Shown one piece after another: positions 63,033 to 64,000 of a DNA stretch of 64,000 nt (its first letter is position 1; every line of letters starts with the position of its first letter). The position numbers and the translations under genes were made by a program. Below the pieces are notes generated by a model. That model was not told the DNA's origin and did not search any database. It saw only the letters and a list, made by a program, of their open reading frames with translations. This DNA is from Callorhinchus milii (Eukaryota): contig NW_024704742.1 in the NCBI RefSeq assembly GCF_018977255.1, forward strand, positions 135,906,001-135,970,000. Direction: 5' to 3'.

Positions 63033-63575
63033 ATATTAGTGGCGACACCTCTGTACAGTCTGATATTAGCAGTGAGCACCTCTATATAATCTGATATTAG
63101 CGGTAAGCACCTCTATATAGTCTAATATTAGCAATGAGCACCTCTATATAGTCTGATATTAGCAGTGAGCACCTCTATATAATCTGATATTAGCAGTGAG
63201 CACCTCTATATAGTCTAATATTAGCAGTGAGAACCTCTATATAGTCTAATATTAGCAGTGAGCACCTCTATATAGTCTGATATTAGCAGTGAGCACCTCT
63301 ATATAGTCTGATATTAGCAGTGAGTATCTCTATATAGTCTGATATTAGCAGTGAGCACCTCTATACAGTCTGATATTAGCAGTGAGCACCTCTATATAGT
63401 CCAATATTAGCAGTGAGCACCTCTATATAGTCCAATATTAGCAGTGAGCACCTCTATCTAGTCTGATATTAACAGTGAGCACCTCTATATAGTCTAATAT
63501 TAGCAGTGAGCACCTCTATATAGTCCGATATTAGCAGTGACACATCTATGTAGTCTGATATTAGCAATGACACTT
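63033..63575. repeat. 31-bp minisatellite, about 17 units (CTGATATTAGCAGTGAGCACCTCTATATAGT)
   Basis: Period measured directly (unit starts at 63060 and 63091); no unique spacers. Confidence 0.95.
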
Positions 63576-63589
63576 CCATGAACAATACA

Positions 63590-63980
63590 ATACAAGATCA
63601 CATCTGACTTCCAAAGGCAATGGACAGTCTGGACATAAGCTGGCGGTGTTGGGATCAGGGAGGGTGGAGGGTAGGGAGGGCGGCCTAAGTTGCAGTCAAA
63701 GCCTTGAGAGGTGCTTTGAAGGAGGCAGCAAGGCGAAGGGAACGTGGGATGGAATTTCAAAGGGTGGGGGCAGAGAGGGTGAAAGACCAACCGCCGATGG
63801 TGGAGCAGGCCAGACGGAGCGGAGGGAGCGGACAGGTTGATATGGGGTCAGCAGATCACAGAGGTAGGAAGGAGCAAAACTGTGGAGGGCCTTGAATTGG
63901 AGGACAAGGATTTTGACCTCTGTTCTCTGGGGCATGGGGAGCCAGTAGAGCCGGTGAGGGTTGCGGGTGATAGGGTGGAT
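63590..63980 (-). mobile_element. L2 LINE 3' fragment
   Basis: KILVLQFKALHSFAPSYLCDLLTPYQPVRSLRS. Confidence 0.8.
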
Positions 63981-64000
63981 GTTTTATCATTGTGTATACT

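Larger units (their letters stand above)
1..64000 (-). other. DCC: DCC netrin-1 receptor gene, internal part (intron 6 to intron 16 by human numbering); gene continues beyond both window ends
   Basis: Ten colinear minus-strand exons with compatible phases splice into one open frame. Peptides are DCC-type rather than neogenin-type: [51 protein letters not shown]. Confidence 0.96.

Noticed and set aside
63033..63575. CRISPR-like array (31-nt periodicity)
   Set aside because: Units are head-to-tail with no unique spacers; no cas genes; vertebrate intron.

Overview
Vertebrate genomic DNA lying entirely inside one large gene: the netrin receptor DCC, on the minus strand. Ten consecutive coding exons were delimited from GT/AG boundaries and matching phases (1,315 coding nt, end of Ig4 through FNIII-4). 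Their lengths are 121, 157, 155, 149, 139, 50, 142, 111, 195 and 96 nt, which match human DCC exons 7-16 as I recall them. The introns are crowded with non-LTR retroposons: a tRNA(Ala)-headed SINE in long and short subtypes, older Deu-domain (SacSINE1-like) SINEs, L2 and CR1 LINE fragments, and an unclassified ~400-nt poly(A)-tailed repeat. This repeat set suggests a cartilaginous fish, probably a chimaera such as Callorhinchus (inference). Almost all ORFs in the supplied track are repeat artefacts. There is no prokaryote-type system (no CRISPR array, no operon). The best leads are: an in-frame upstream acceptor adding a neogenin-like 23-aa Ser/Thr/Pro linker between Ig4 and FN1; the unclassified structured repeat family; apparent gene conversion between inverted SINE tails; SINE/LINE 3' hairpin covariation; an extended CTCF site; and several candidate neural enhancers. 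Repeat boundaries are approximate and only representative copies are listed.
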